The notes under the pieces were generated by a model that was not told the DNA's origin, made no database searches, and worked only from the letters and a program-made list of their open reading frames with translations. A DNA stretch of 27,594 nt from a virus (taxonomy: Duplodnaviria; Caudoviricetes). Position numbers and translations under genes: made by a program. The stretch covers positions 1-27,594 of the IMG/VR virus record IMGVR_UViG_3300027672_000064. One strand, written 5' to 3'. Numbering within the stretch: the stretch's first letter is position 1; each line of letters starts with the position of its first letter. This document shows, piece by piece, positions 7,115 through 15,545 of the stretch.

Positions 7115-9546
7115 AAGATGTAAACATACAAGTTAACTCTGCTGCTTTTCCTGATCAATTTGCTTCAGACTCCGTTAAAAAAACAATGGAATTTGGACTT
7201 CAAGTAGGTCAAGCAATTCAGTACGAGTGGTTTAGGAGAGATAGTGGTTCATGTAGGTTTTATAATCAATGGGCAGATTTTAATAGGTTAAGATTATACG
7301 CAAGAGGTGAACAGTCTATTGCTAAATATAAAAATGAAATATCAGTAGATGGTGATTTAAGTCACTTGAATTTAGACTGGACTCCAGTTCCAATTATTCC
7401 AAAATTTGTGGATATAGTTGTTAATGGTATGTCTGATCGATTATTTAAAGTTAAAACGTATGCGCAAGATGCAATGTCAGCAGAAAAAAGAAATATTTTT
7501 CAAGACATGGTTCAAGCTGATATGGTGGCCGCACCTGTTTTAAAAGAGTTAGAGAAACAATTTGGAATCCCTGTTTTTTCGGTAGCAGAAGAAGATCTAC
7601 CAGGAAGCGATGAGGAGTTAGAATTGTATATGCAAATGAAGTTTAAACCAGCTGTTGAGATTGCTCAAGAGGTTGGTATTAATACTTTGTTAGATGAAAA
7701 TCATTACCAAGATATTAGAAAAAGATGTGATTATGATCAAACTGTTTTAGGTATTGGTATATGTAAACATATGTTTTTACCAGGTTCTGGTGTTCAAATT
7801 GATTATGTTGATCCAGCTAATGTGGTTTATAGTTATACTGAAGATCCTTATTTTAAAGATAATTTTTATTGGGGAGAAATTAAAACTGTTCCAATTGGAG
7901 AGTTAATTAAAATAGATCCAGACTTATCTCTTGGAGATTTAGATGAAATATCTAAATATAGTCAATCATGGTATCAGTATTATAATGACGCACAAGCTTA
8001 CAACAATAGTATGTTTCATAGAGACACAGCTACCTTGTTGTATTTTAATTATAAATCTACAAATTCTTTTGTTTACAAGAAGAAAAGAATGGCTGATGGA
8101 ACATTTAAAACTGTAGAAAAAACAGATGAATTTAATCCTCCTCAAGAAATGATGGATGAAGGTGGCTTTGAAAAAGTTACTAAAAGAATTGATGTTTGGT
8201 ATGATGGTGTAATGGTTATGGGTACTAATATTATGCTTCAATGGAAATTGAGTGAAAATATGGTTAGACCAAAATCAGCAAATCAATATGCAAGACCTAA
8301 TTATATAGCTTGCGCGCCAAGAATGTACAAAGGAGCTGTTGAATCTTTAGTTCGTAGAATGATTCCGTTTGCGGATTTAATTCAAATGACGCATTTAAAA
8401 ATTCAACAAGTTGTTTCTCGTGTAGTTCCTGATGGTGTTTTTATTGATGCTGATGGATTAAATGAGGTAGATTTAGGTACTGGAGCTGCATACAATCCAG
8501 AGGATGCTTTACGATTATACTTTCAAACAGGTAGTGTTATTGGTAGAAGTTATACTCAGGATGGTGAATATAATAATGCAAAAGTTCCAATTACTCAATT
8601 AACAGCTTCAAGTGGAGCAGGTAAAATGCAAATGCTTATAGGCAATTATAATCATTATTTAGATATGATTAGATCTGTAACAGGACTAAACGAAGCTCGT
8701 GATGGATCAAGTCCTGATCCTAATTCTTTAGTTGGTGTTAATAAATTAGCTGCATTAAATTCAAATACAGCTACAAGACATATATTACAAGCAAGTTTAT
8801 ATATGACAAGAAGTTTAGCTGAATGCTTATCTATTAGAATGGCTGATATATTAGAGTATGCTGATTTTAAAGATGAGTTTGCAATGCAAATTGGTAAATA
8901 TAATCTTCAAATTATTGAAGATATAAAAAACTTGTATTTATATGATTTTGGAATATTTATTGAAATGTCTCCAGATGAAGAGGAAAAAGCTATGTTAGAG
9001 CAAAACATTCAAATGGCTTTATCTCAAAAAAATATAAGTTTAGAAGACGCTATTGATATTAGAGAGATTCATAATCTAAAAATGGCTAATCAGTTATTAA
9101 AATTAAAACGTAAACAAAAAGAAGAAAGAGAACAGCAAATGCAAATGCAACAACAAGAGATGCAGGCGCAACAACAAATGCAAGCTCAAGAAGCAGCGGC
9201 TCAACAGCAAATGCAAATAGCTCAAGCTCAGTCAGCTGCAAAAATGGAAACAATGACTGCTGAAGGTCAGATGGCGATTCAAAAAATGCAAATGGAAGTT
9301 CAATTAAAATCCAAGTTAATGGAGGTTGAGTTTAATTATCAAATGCAATTAAAGGGTGTAGAGCAAAGTCAATTAGACGAAAGAGAGAAAAGTAGAGAAA
9401 CAAATAAATCTGATAGATTAAATAATCAATCTTCTAATCAATCAAGAATGATTGAACAAAGAAAACGTAATCTACCTTCTATTAATTTTGAATCTAATGA
9501 AGATAGCTTAGATGGGTTTGATTTTTCAGAATTTAATCCAAGATAA
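7111..9546 (+). CDS. Portal protein (811 aa)
   Basis: Between terL and scaffold/MCP. WTPVPIIPKFVDIVVNG and IRSVTGLNEARDG segments resemble crAss-like/P22-type portals; long Q/M-rich C-terminal coiled coil (about 9121-9370) fits a portal barrel. Confidence 0.88.
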   Translation: MKDVNIQVNSAAFPDQFASDSVKKTMEFGLQVGQAIQYEWFRRDSGSCRFYNQWADFNRLRLYARGEQSIAKYKNEISVDGDLSHLNLDWTPVPIIPKFVDIVVNGMSDRLFKVKTYAQDAMSAEKRNIFQDMVQADMVAAPVLKELEKQFGIPVFSVAEEDLPGSDEELELYMQMKFKPAVEIAQEVGINTLLDENHYQDIRKRCDYDQTVLGIGICKHMFLPGSGVQIDYVDPANVVYSYTEDPYFKDNFYWGEIKTVPIGELIKIDPDLSLGDLDEISKYSQSWYQYYNDAQAYNNSMFHRDTATLLYFNYKSTNSFVYKKKRMADGTFKTVEKTDEFNPPQEMMDEGGFEKVTKRIDVWYDGVMVMGTNIMLQWKLSENMVRPKSANQYARPNYIACAPRMYKGAVESLVRRMIPFADLIQMTHLKIQQVVSRVVPDGVFIDADGLNEVDLGTGAAYNPEDALRLYFQTGSVIGRSYTQDGEYNNAKVPITQLTASSGAGKMQMLIGNYNHYLDMIRSVTGLNEARDGSSPDPNSLVGVNKLAALNSNTATRHILQASLYMTRSLAECLSIRMADILEYADFKDEFAMQIGKYNLQIIEDIKNLYLYDFGIFIEMSPDEEEKAMLEQNIQMALSQKNISLEDAIDIREIHNLKMANQLLKLKRKQKEEREQQMQMQQQEMQAQQQMQAQEAAAQQQMQIAQAQSAAKMETMTAEGQMAIQKMQMEVQLKSKLMEVEFNYQMQLKGVEQSQLDEREKSRETNKSDRLNNQSSNQSRMIEQRKRNLPSINFESNEDSLDGFDFSEFNPR

Positions 9547-9575
9547 ATAGCCTAAAATTTAATTAAAATTAATAT

Positions 9576-9583
9576 TAACTTTG
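9576..9583 (+). promoter_or_regulatory. Bacteroidota-type -7 promoter box (TAACTTTG)
   Basis: Intergenic TAnnTTTG, 16 nt upstream of ATG9600. Confidence 0.7.
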
Positions 9584-9599
9584 TAAAAAATCAAATCAA

Positions 9600-10757
9600 A
9601 TGGAAATTAAAGTAAGAGAAGTAACAAAAGAGGAAAAGTCTCGTGTTGAAGTAGAAAACGATTTACTAAAAGCGCATGAAGAAAAATATCAAGACTCAGA
9701 TACAAATGAACCTTCAATAGATAAAGTTAATTTATCTGAAGATAATAAAACAGAAGAGCCTAAAGAAAATAACAATCCTGTTAAAGAACAGGAAATTGAA
9801 ACACCCTTGGTTGAATTAAATGATCAAGACGTTCTTTCATATATAAAAAATAGATACGACAAGGATATTAATTCTGTTGATGAATTATTTGCGGAAAAAG
9901 AGGCAAATGTTGATTTACCAGAGGATGTATCAGCGTATTTTAAGTACAAACAAGAAACTGGACGTGGAATTGAAGATTTTTATAATTTACAAAAAAACTT
10001 TGAGGAAATGGAAGACGATGTTGTACTGGCTAATTATTATTCGTCAACTGAAGAAGGTTTAGACGAAATAGACATTCAAGATATTATTGAGGACAAGTTT
10101 AGTTTCGATGAGGATTTAGACGAACCAAGAGAAATCAAGAAAGTAAAATTAGCTAAAAAACGTGAACTTGCGAAAGCAAAGAAATTTTTGAATGAACAAA
10201 AAGATAAATACAACATTCCTCTTGAGTCAAGTGGGGGTGGATTATCTGAAGAACAGGAAAAAAATCTTAATGCTTACAGAAGTTCAATAGAGGAATCTAA
10301 AAGTTTAGAGGAAGTAAACAGGAAGAAAGCTGATTTTTTTACAGACAAAACAAATGATGTGTTTAACAATGATTTTAAAGGTTTTGATTTCAATGTGTCT
10401 GATAATAATTTAACTTATAAACCTGGTACTGCGGAAGAATTAAGAAATGTTCAATCTAATGTTGGTAATTTTATTGGCAAATATTTAGACGAAAGTGGAT
10501 TAATTAAAGACGCAGTAGGTTATCATAAAGCTTTGTCGGTAGCGATGAATCCTGATAAGTTTGCTCAATATTTTTATGATCAAGGCGTAGCCAATGCTGT
10601 GGATAATGTTTCAAGAAAATCTAAAAACATAAACATGGATATGAGGCAACAATCTCAAACCGTTTCAAAAGATGGAATGAAAATACGTCCTGTGAGTAGT
10701 GATAATAGAAATGAACATGGAAGAGGACTCAAAATTAGAAGTGTTAAAAAAAGTTAA
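9600..10757 (+). CDS. Probable capsid scaffolding protein (385 aa)
   Basis: Strongly acidic and helical, with a low-complexity N-terminus and basic C-terminal tip; lies between portal and MCP. Confidence 0.65.
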   Translation: MEIKVREVTKEEKSRVEVENDLLKAHEEKYQDSDTNEPSIDKVNLSEDNKTEEPKENNNPVKEQEIETPLVELNDQDVLSYIKNRYDKDINSVDELFAEKEANVDLPEDVSAYFKYKQETGRGIEDFYNLQKNFEEMEDDVVLANYYSSTEEGLDEIDIQDIIEDKFSFDEDLDEPREIKKVKLAKKRELAKAKKFLNEQKDKYNIPLESSGGGLSEEQEKNLNAYRSSIEESKSLEEVNRKKADFFTDKTNDVFNNDFKGFDFNVSDNNLTYKPGTAEELRNVQSNVGNFIGKYLDESGLIKDAVGYHKALSVAMNPDKFAQYFYDQGVANAVDNVSRKSKNINMDMRQQSQTVSKDGMKIRPVSSDNRNEHGRGLKIRSVKKS

Positions 10758-10788
10758 ACAATTAAAAACAATTAAAAACAATTAAAAA
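10756..10788 (+). repeat. 10-bp tandem repeat (AAACAATTAA, about 3.3 copies) forming the MCP leader
   Basis: aaacaattaa-aaacaattaa-aaacaattaa-aaa directly precedes ATG10789. Confidence 0.85.
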
Positions 10789-12282
10789 ATGGCAGTAAAT
10801 GTAACACCAGGATTTGACTTGCAGCCAAGTGCGCAGCAAACTCCGTTATCAACAAACTACATAAACAACTTTGATTTCTTAAATCAGTATCTTCCAGATA
10901 CTTACGAAAAGGAATTTGAGCGTTATGGAAACAGATCAGTAGCATCATTCTTGAGAATGGTAGGAGCTGAAATGCCTTCTAACTCAGATTTAATTAAATG
11001 GGCAGAACAAGGTAGATTACACACAAAATATCAAGGATGTACTTCTGCTTCAGCAGCAGGTGCAGTAGATGGTGTTTGGACAGTTCCAGGAGTAGGAGCA
11101 GCACCAGGAGCTGGAGCTAACAATCCTACTAACTTTAATCCACAGTTAAATGCTAATTCAGGTATTTTAGCTACACTTAGAGTTGGACAAACTGTAATGA
11201 TTTCAGACAATACACCTGGATCAACATTACAAAATAAAGCAATTATCAAAGTAGCTCCAACTTCAGCAGCTCCAGGAACATTTACTGTAGCTTATTATGA
11301 AGCAGGCGGTCAAGCAATGGCAGCAGCATCAGGATGTGATATTTTTATCTATGGTTCTGAATTTGCAAAAGGTACTAACGGAATGGTTGGTTCTAACGAG
11401 TCTGATGACTTTATTTTTGACAACAAGCCAATTATTATCAAAGACAAATATTCTGTTTCTGGTTCTGACATGGCTCAAATTGGTTGGATTGAAGTTACAT
11501 CTGAAAATGGTGCAAGCGGATACTTATGGTATTTGAAATCTGAGCATGATACACGATTACGTTTTGAAGATTATTTAGAAACAGCAATGGTGGAAGCAGT
11601 TCCAGCAGACGCAGCTTCTGGTGCAGCCGATTTCTTACAAGGTGTAGGAGTAGGTGCAGGTGCAGCTAATCTTTCAGGATCTGATGGTATTTTCTATGTA
11701 GTAGGAAATAGAGGTAATGTATTCGGTGGTGGAAACCCAGTTGCTTTAGCTCAATTTGACAATGTTATTCAAAGACTTGATAAGCAAGGTTCTATTGAAG
11801 AAAATGTAATTTTTGTAAACAGACAATTCTCATTTGACATTGACGATATGTTAGCAGCACAAAACTCTTATGGAGCAGGTGGTACTTCTTATGGTTTATT
11901 TGACAATGATAAAGACATGGCTCTTAACTTAGGTTTCACAGGATTCCGTAGAGGTTATGATTTTTACAAGTCTGACTGGAAATACTTAAACGATCCTACT
12001 ATGAGAGGTGGTGTAAATGCAGGTGCAATCAACGGACTTTTAGTTCCAGCTGGTTCAACAACTGTATATGATCAAATCTTAGGTAAGAACGCTAAAAGAC
12101 CTTTCTTACACGTTAGATATAGAGCTTCAGAAACTGAAGACAGAAGATACAAAACTTGGATTACTGGTTCTGCTGGTGGTGCAAAAACTTCTGATTTAGA
12201 TGCGATGGAAGTAAACTTCTTGAGTGAGAGAGCTGTATGTACTTTAGGTGCAAACAACTTCTTCTTATTCCAAGATGCATAG
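10789..12282 (+). CDS. Major capsid protein (497 aa)
   Basis: Follows portal and scaffold; ends at a strong terminator; biased codon use (TTC, AAC, GGT, GCA). KWAEQGRLH, IFIYGSEFAKG, IIIKDKYSVSGSD and FLSERAVCTLGANNF segments fit an HK97-fold MCP with insertions. Confidence 0.88.
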   Translation: MAVNVTPGFDLQPSAQQTPLSTNYINNFDFLNQYLPDTYEKEFERYGNRSVASFLRMVGAEMPSNSDLIKWAEQGRLHTKYQGCTSASAAGAVDGVWTVPGVGAAPGAGANNPTNFNPQLNANSGILATLRVGQTVMISDNTPGSTLQNKAIIKVAPTSAAPGTFTVAYYEAGGQAMAAASGCDIFIYGSEFAKGTNGMVGSNESDDFIFDNKPIIIKDKYSVSGSDMAQIGWIEVTSENGASGYLWYLKSEHDTRLRFEDYLETAMVEAVPADAASGAADFLQGVGVGAGAANLSGSDGIFYVVGNRGNVFGGGNPVALAQFDNVIQRLDKQGSIEENVIFVNRQFSFDIDDMLAAQNSYGAGGTSYGLFDNDKDMALNLGFTGFRRGYDFYKSDWKYLNDPTMRGGVNAGAINGLLVPAGSTTVYDQILGKNAKRPFLHVRYRASETEDRRYKTWITGSAGGAKTSDLDAMEVNFLSERAVCTLGANNFFLFQDA

Positions 12283-12301
12283 TAAATAAGTAGTAATAAT
12301 T

Positions 12302-12334
12302 AGGGAGATTAATTTCTCCCTTTTTATTTTTTTT
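12302..12334 (+). terminator. Intrinsic terminator after the MCP gene
   Basis: Stem AGGGAGA/TCTCCCT, loop TTAATT, then TTTTATTTTTTTT. Confidence 0.85.
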
Positions 12335-12356
12335 AATCAAATTAAATCATATTATA

Positions 12357-13121
12357 ATGGCAAAACAAAAAGAAAAGTACGAAACTAAAGCCTATAAACT
12401 TACAGGCCAACAATTCCCACTCTCATATATGCTTGCTTCAAGGCATTCATCGAGATCACCTTTATTACATTTTGACGAAGACCAAGGTATTAATAGACCT
12501 CTTCGTTATGCAAGAAATCAAAAAAGTCCGTTTGAAGACGAACAAGATGGTAATGCAATCTTAGAACCAATTGTTTTTGAAGATGGAATGTTAATAGTTG
12601 AAAAACAAAATCAAGTATTACAACAATTCTTATATTATCATCCAAGTAAAGACATGGTATTTGAGGAAATAAATAATGCTAAAGATGCAGCTGAAGAATT
12701 AGAGTATGTTGAGGCAGAGTTAAATGCTCAAATAGAAGCTAAAAAAATAACTACTGATGTAAATAAATTAACTTCAGTATGTAGAGTTTTAATGGGTAAT
12801 GGTGTAGATAACATGACAATACCAGAATTAAAAAGAGATATTCTTTTATATGCTAAATCAAGACCAGAAGATTTTATGGATACCATAAATGATCCAATGT
12901 TAGAGTTAATGGATACAATTCATCAATTTATGATGGCAGGTTTTATAACATTTAGAAATAACAACAAGGATGTTTATTATAATTTACCTAACAACAAAAA
13001 GAAAATGCTAACAGTTCCTTATGGTGAAGATCCAAATTATATTGTTGGTTCTTTTTTACAATCCGATGAAGGACTTGAGGTTTTTAAACTTTTAAAAAAC
13101 AAATTAAGTAATAAAAAGTAA
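12357..13121 (+). CDS. Hypothetical protein downstream of MCP (254 aa)
   Basis: Clean ORF with A-rich start (LRYARNQKSPFEDEQ...IVFEDGML); helical C-terminal half. Possibly head-assembly related (position only). Confidence 0.75.
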   Translation: MAKQKEKYETKAYKLTGQQFPLSYMLASRHSSRSPLLHFDEDQGINRPLRYARNQKSPFEDEQDGNAILEPIVFEDGMLIVEKQNQVLQQFLYYHPSKDMVFEEINNAKDAAEELEYVEAELNAQIEAKKITTDVNKLTSVCRVLMGNGVDNMTIPELKRDILLYAKSRPEDFMDTINDPMLELMDTIHQFMMAGFITFRNNNKDVYYNLPNNKKKMLTVPYGEDPNYIVGSFLQSDEGLEVFKLLKNKLSNKK

Positions 13122-13143
13122 AATTAACAATTCAGAAATATTA

Positions 13144-13199
13144 GGATGTAACTGTTAGTTTTTTAAACTTGGTCGTTGCGGAACGAAACAGAGCATACC
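13144..13199 (+). ncRNA. Candidate structured RNA (three-way junction)
   Basis: CTGTT(13152-56)/AACAG(13187-91) encloses hairpins AGTTT/AAACT and TCGTT/AACGA; outer bulged stem GGATGT/GCATACC; terminator follows. Confidence 0.4.
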
Positions 13200-13205
13200 G
13201 AAAAT

Positions 13206-13235
13206 AAGCTACCTTAAAAGGGTGGCTTTTTTTTT
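13206..13235 (+). terminator. Intrinsic terminator
   Basis: Stem AAGCTACC/GGTGGCTT (one G-U pair) running into a T9 tract. Confidence 0.85.
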
Positions 13236-13237
13236 GC

Positions 13238-13245
13238 TATATTTG
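13238..13245 (+). promoter_or_regulatory. Bacteroidota-type -7 promoter box (TATATTTG)
   Basis: TAnnTTTG just after the terminator T-tract, 33 nt upstream of ATG13279. Confidence 0.7.
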
Positions 13246-13278
13246 TACTTTATTAACCCATTAAAAACTTTTTATAAA

Positions 13279-13557
13279 ATGGCAAAATTTCTTAAAATCA
13301 CGAACGCTCCTATTACTGGTCAATTGATTAGTCTTGACGGAGTTAAAGCGGTTGCTACGGCAACAGCTACAGAAGTAACAGTTACAATTTCTTATGTTGA
13401 TGGAACTGTTACTACAGTAACAACAGCGGCTCAAGTAGCTCATGATGTTTACACATCTATATTAGATAATATGGAAGTAGCATTAGCTACATCTTGGCAG
13501 AATCCTTATTTTGAGGTAAGTCTTCCAAAAGCTGTAACAAGTATCGTTAATGCATAA
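13279..13557 (+). CDS. Small Thr/Val/Ala-rich protein (92 aa), possible capsid decoration/auxiliary protein
   Basis: Start corrected to ATG13279 (MAKFLKITNAP...), since the track's 13222 start lies inside the terminator hairpin. Beta-rich; has its own promoter box and terminator. Confidence 0.65.
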   Translation: MAKFLKITNAPITGQLISLDGVKAVATATATEVTVTISYVDGTVTTVTTAAQVAHDVYTSILDNMEVALATSWQNPYFEVSLPKAVTSIVNA

Positions 13558-13580
13558 CAGCATTAATTAAACAATTAAAG

Positions 13581-13615
13581 AGAGGTTCTAAAAAAAATAG
13601 GGCCTCTTTTTTTTT
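13581..13615 (+). terminator. Intrinsic terminator
   Basis: Stem AGAGGTTCTA/TAGGGCCTCT (two G-U pairs), A-rich loop, T9 tract. Confidence 0.85.
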
Positions 13616-13617
13616 GC

Positions 13618-13625
13618 TATCTTTG
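13618..13625 (+). promoter_or_regulatory. Bacteroidota-type -7 promoter box (TATCTTTG) for the tail operon
   Basis: TAnnTTTG just after the terminator T-tract, 15 nt upstream of ATG13641. Confidence 0.7.
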
Positions 13626-13640
13626 TAAAAAGAATTAATT

Positions 13641-14618
13641 ATGCCAATAAACGAAGTACGAAACACTGTATTAGCTATAGCGAATAAAAATAATTACGGT
13701 TACATATCTCCAGCTGACTTTAATTTGTATGCGCAACAAGCTCAAATGGATATGTTTGAGGATTATTTTTATCAATATAATAATCAAATATTAAAAGAAA
13801 ACCAAAGACAATCTGGAACAGGTTATGCCGACATAGCTAAAGGATTAGTTGAGGTAATAGATACTTTTTATGTAAATATTCCTTTATTAAATTCTGCAAC
13901 ATCTCAATTAGGGGATATACAGTCTAATTTATATACACTACCAGCTGATTATTATTTAATTAATAAGATGATGGTGTTTGCTAAAGAATTGGCGGCAGGA
14001 GTAACAACTTCGACCAATGGTGGTTCTATAGCGGTAAACGACACTTCTGCGGACTTTATTGCAGCAGGAGTAGCTGTTGGAGATATAGTTTCAACTATTA
14101 CAGGAGGGGTGGTTTATAACACAGTAGTTTCACAAGTAGTTAGCGCAACAAATCTTTTAGTCTTTGCAACAGTAGGTGCATCAGTTTGGAATGCTGTAGG
14201 AAAAACTTACAATATATATTCAGTCAATGATATTGTTGAAGCAGAAAGAGTAGCACAAAGTAAAATTACTATGCTGAACAATTCTGTTTTAACAAAACCA
14301 AACATTGGCTACCCAGCTTACACACAAAATGCTCTTGTAGCGGAAGCATTTCCAATTACTATAAATAAAATAGGTCAATTAACATCTCAGTACGTTAGAT
14401 ACCCTTTACCGCCAAACTGGACTTACGCTACACTATTAGCTGGAGAGCCTTTATTTGATCCTACAAGCGCCGATTATCAAGACTTTGAATTACCGTTGTC
14501 AGACGAGCCTATTCTAATAGCTAAGATTTGCCAATATGTTGGCCTTGAAATTAGAGAAAAAGATGTAATTGAGTTTGGTCAAAATGCAGAAATAATGGAT
14601 AATCAACAACAACAATAA
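13641..14618 (+). CDS. Tail ring / head-tail adaptor protein (325 aa)
   Basis: N-terminal helices (VRNTVLAIANKNNYGYISPADFNLYAQQAQ), YTLPADYY, YVRYP and DFELP...ILIAKICQYVG follow the pattern of podoviral tail tubular/adaptor proteins; position upstream of the nozzle. Confidence 0.65.
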   Translation: MPINEVRNTVLAIANKNNYGYISPADFNLYAQQAQMDMFEDYFYQYNNQILKENQRQSGTGYADIAKGLVEVIDTFYVNIPLLNSATSQLGDIQSNLYTLPADYYLINKMMVFAKELAAGVTTSTNGGSIAVNDTSADFIAAGVAVGDIVSTITGGVVYNTVVSQVVSATNLLVFATVGASVWNAVGKTYNIYSVNDIVEAERVAQSKITMLNNSVLTKPNIGYPAYTQNALVAEAFPITINKIGQLTSQYVRYPLPPNWTYATLLAGEPLFDPTSADYQDFELPLSDEPILIAKICQYVGLEIREKDVIEFGQNAEIMDNQQQQ

Positions 14619-14620
14619 TT

Positions 14621-15544
14621 ATGGCATATATAAATGATTACGCATATTATCAAAACTCAGGAAACAATCCAACTGATTTAAATCATGGATCGTATCAATT
14701 TCTTTCTTTATCTGATATAGTTAATAATTTTATGTTAATGTATCAAGGTAATCACGAGTTAATAAATAATATCGAAAGGTATCAAATTTTATTTCACGCT
14801 AAAAGAGGGATACAAGAATTAAATTATGACGCGATGAAGGAGATTAAAATTCTTCAGTTAGACATTACAGATCAATTGCGTTTTGTATTACCTCCAGACT
14901 ATGTGAATTGGGTGCGTATTTCTCAATTTGTAAATGGAGTATTACATCCATTGTCAGAAAACATTCAAACAAATTGGTCTTCTGCATATTTACAAGACAA
15001 TCAGTCAAATGTATTATTTGATCAAGATGGTAATGCGTTAAGTCCTCAAGAGTCAGAATTAAATTTAAATCAAATGTCAGCTACAGCTCCGAGCATATAT
15101 TTAAACTCGAGTAGTCCTTACAATAATTCTGAAGGATGGTGTATAGATGGTGTATGGTGTTTTAATTACGCTGTAGGCGCACGCTTTGGATTAAACACAG
15201 AGACTGCAAATTCTAATCCTACATTTACAATTAATAAGCAAGCAGGTGTAATTAACTTTAGCAACATAATCGCTTCTTCTTCTATTGTTTTAGAATATGT
15301 TTCAGATGGAATGGAAAATGGAGTTGATACAGATGTTCATGTAAACAAATTATTTGAAGAATATATATACGCTTATATTAGATACTCTATATTAAATGGA
15401 AGAGTAGGTGTTTCAGAGTATGTAATTAATAGAGCAAGAAAAGATAAGTCTTCTTTGTTAAGAAATTCAAAAATTAGATTAAGTAATATACACCCTGGTC
15501 GATTGTTAATGAACATGAGAGGTCAGAATAAATGGATAAAATAA
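14621..15544 (+). CDS. Second tail ring / tubular protein (307 aa)
   Basis: Same pattern as the previous gene (FVLPPDYVNWVRI; IVLEYVSDG; helical EEYIYAYIRY); position between ring protein and nozzle. Confidence 0.6.
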   Translation: MAYINDYAYYQNSGNNPTDLNHGSYQFLSLSDIVNNFMLMYQGNHELINNIERYQILFHAKRGIQELNYDAMKEIKILQLDITDQLRFVLPPDYVNWVRISQFVNGVLHPLSENIQTNWSSAYLQDNQSNVLFDQDGNALSPQESELNLNQMSATAPSIYLNSSSPYNNSEGWCIDGVWCFNYAVGARFGLNTETANSNPTFTINKQAGVINFSNIIASSSIVLEYVSDGMENGVDTDVHVNKLFEEYIYAYIRYSILNGRVGVSEYVINRARKDKSSLLRNSKIRLSNIHPGRLLMNMRGQNKWIK

Positions 15545-15545
15545 T

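Noticed and set aside
9121-9300. CAA/CAG/ATG-rich stretch as a DNA repeat element
   Set aside because: Explained by the Gln/Met-rich coiled coil of the portal C-terminus.
10756-10788. CRISPR-like mini-array
   Set aside because: Contiguous 10-bp units with no spacers.
13152-13191. Canonical hammerhead ribozyme
   Set aside because: Topology and CGAAAC fit, but the required CUGAnGA core is absent (junction reads TGGTC). Kept only as a generic structured RNA candidate.
13222-13278. 111-aa version of the ORF starting at GTG13222 with a hydrophobic, signal-like N-terminus
   Set aside because: The extension is just the terminator stem, T-tract and promoter box; ATG13279 has the typical A-rich context.
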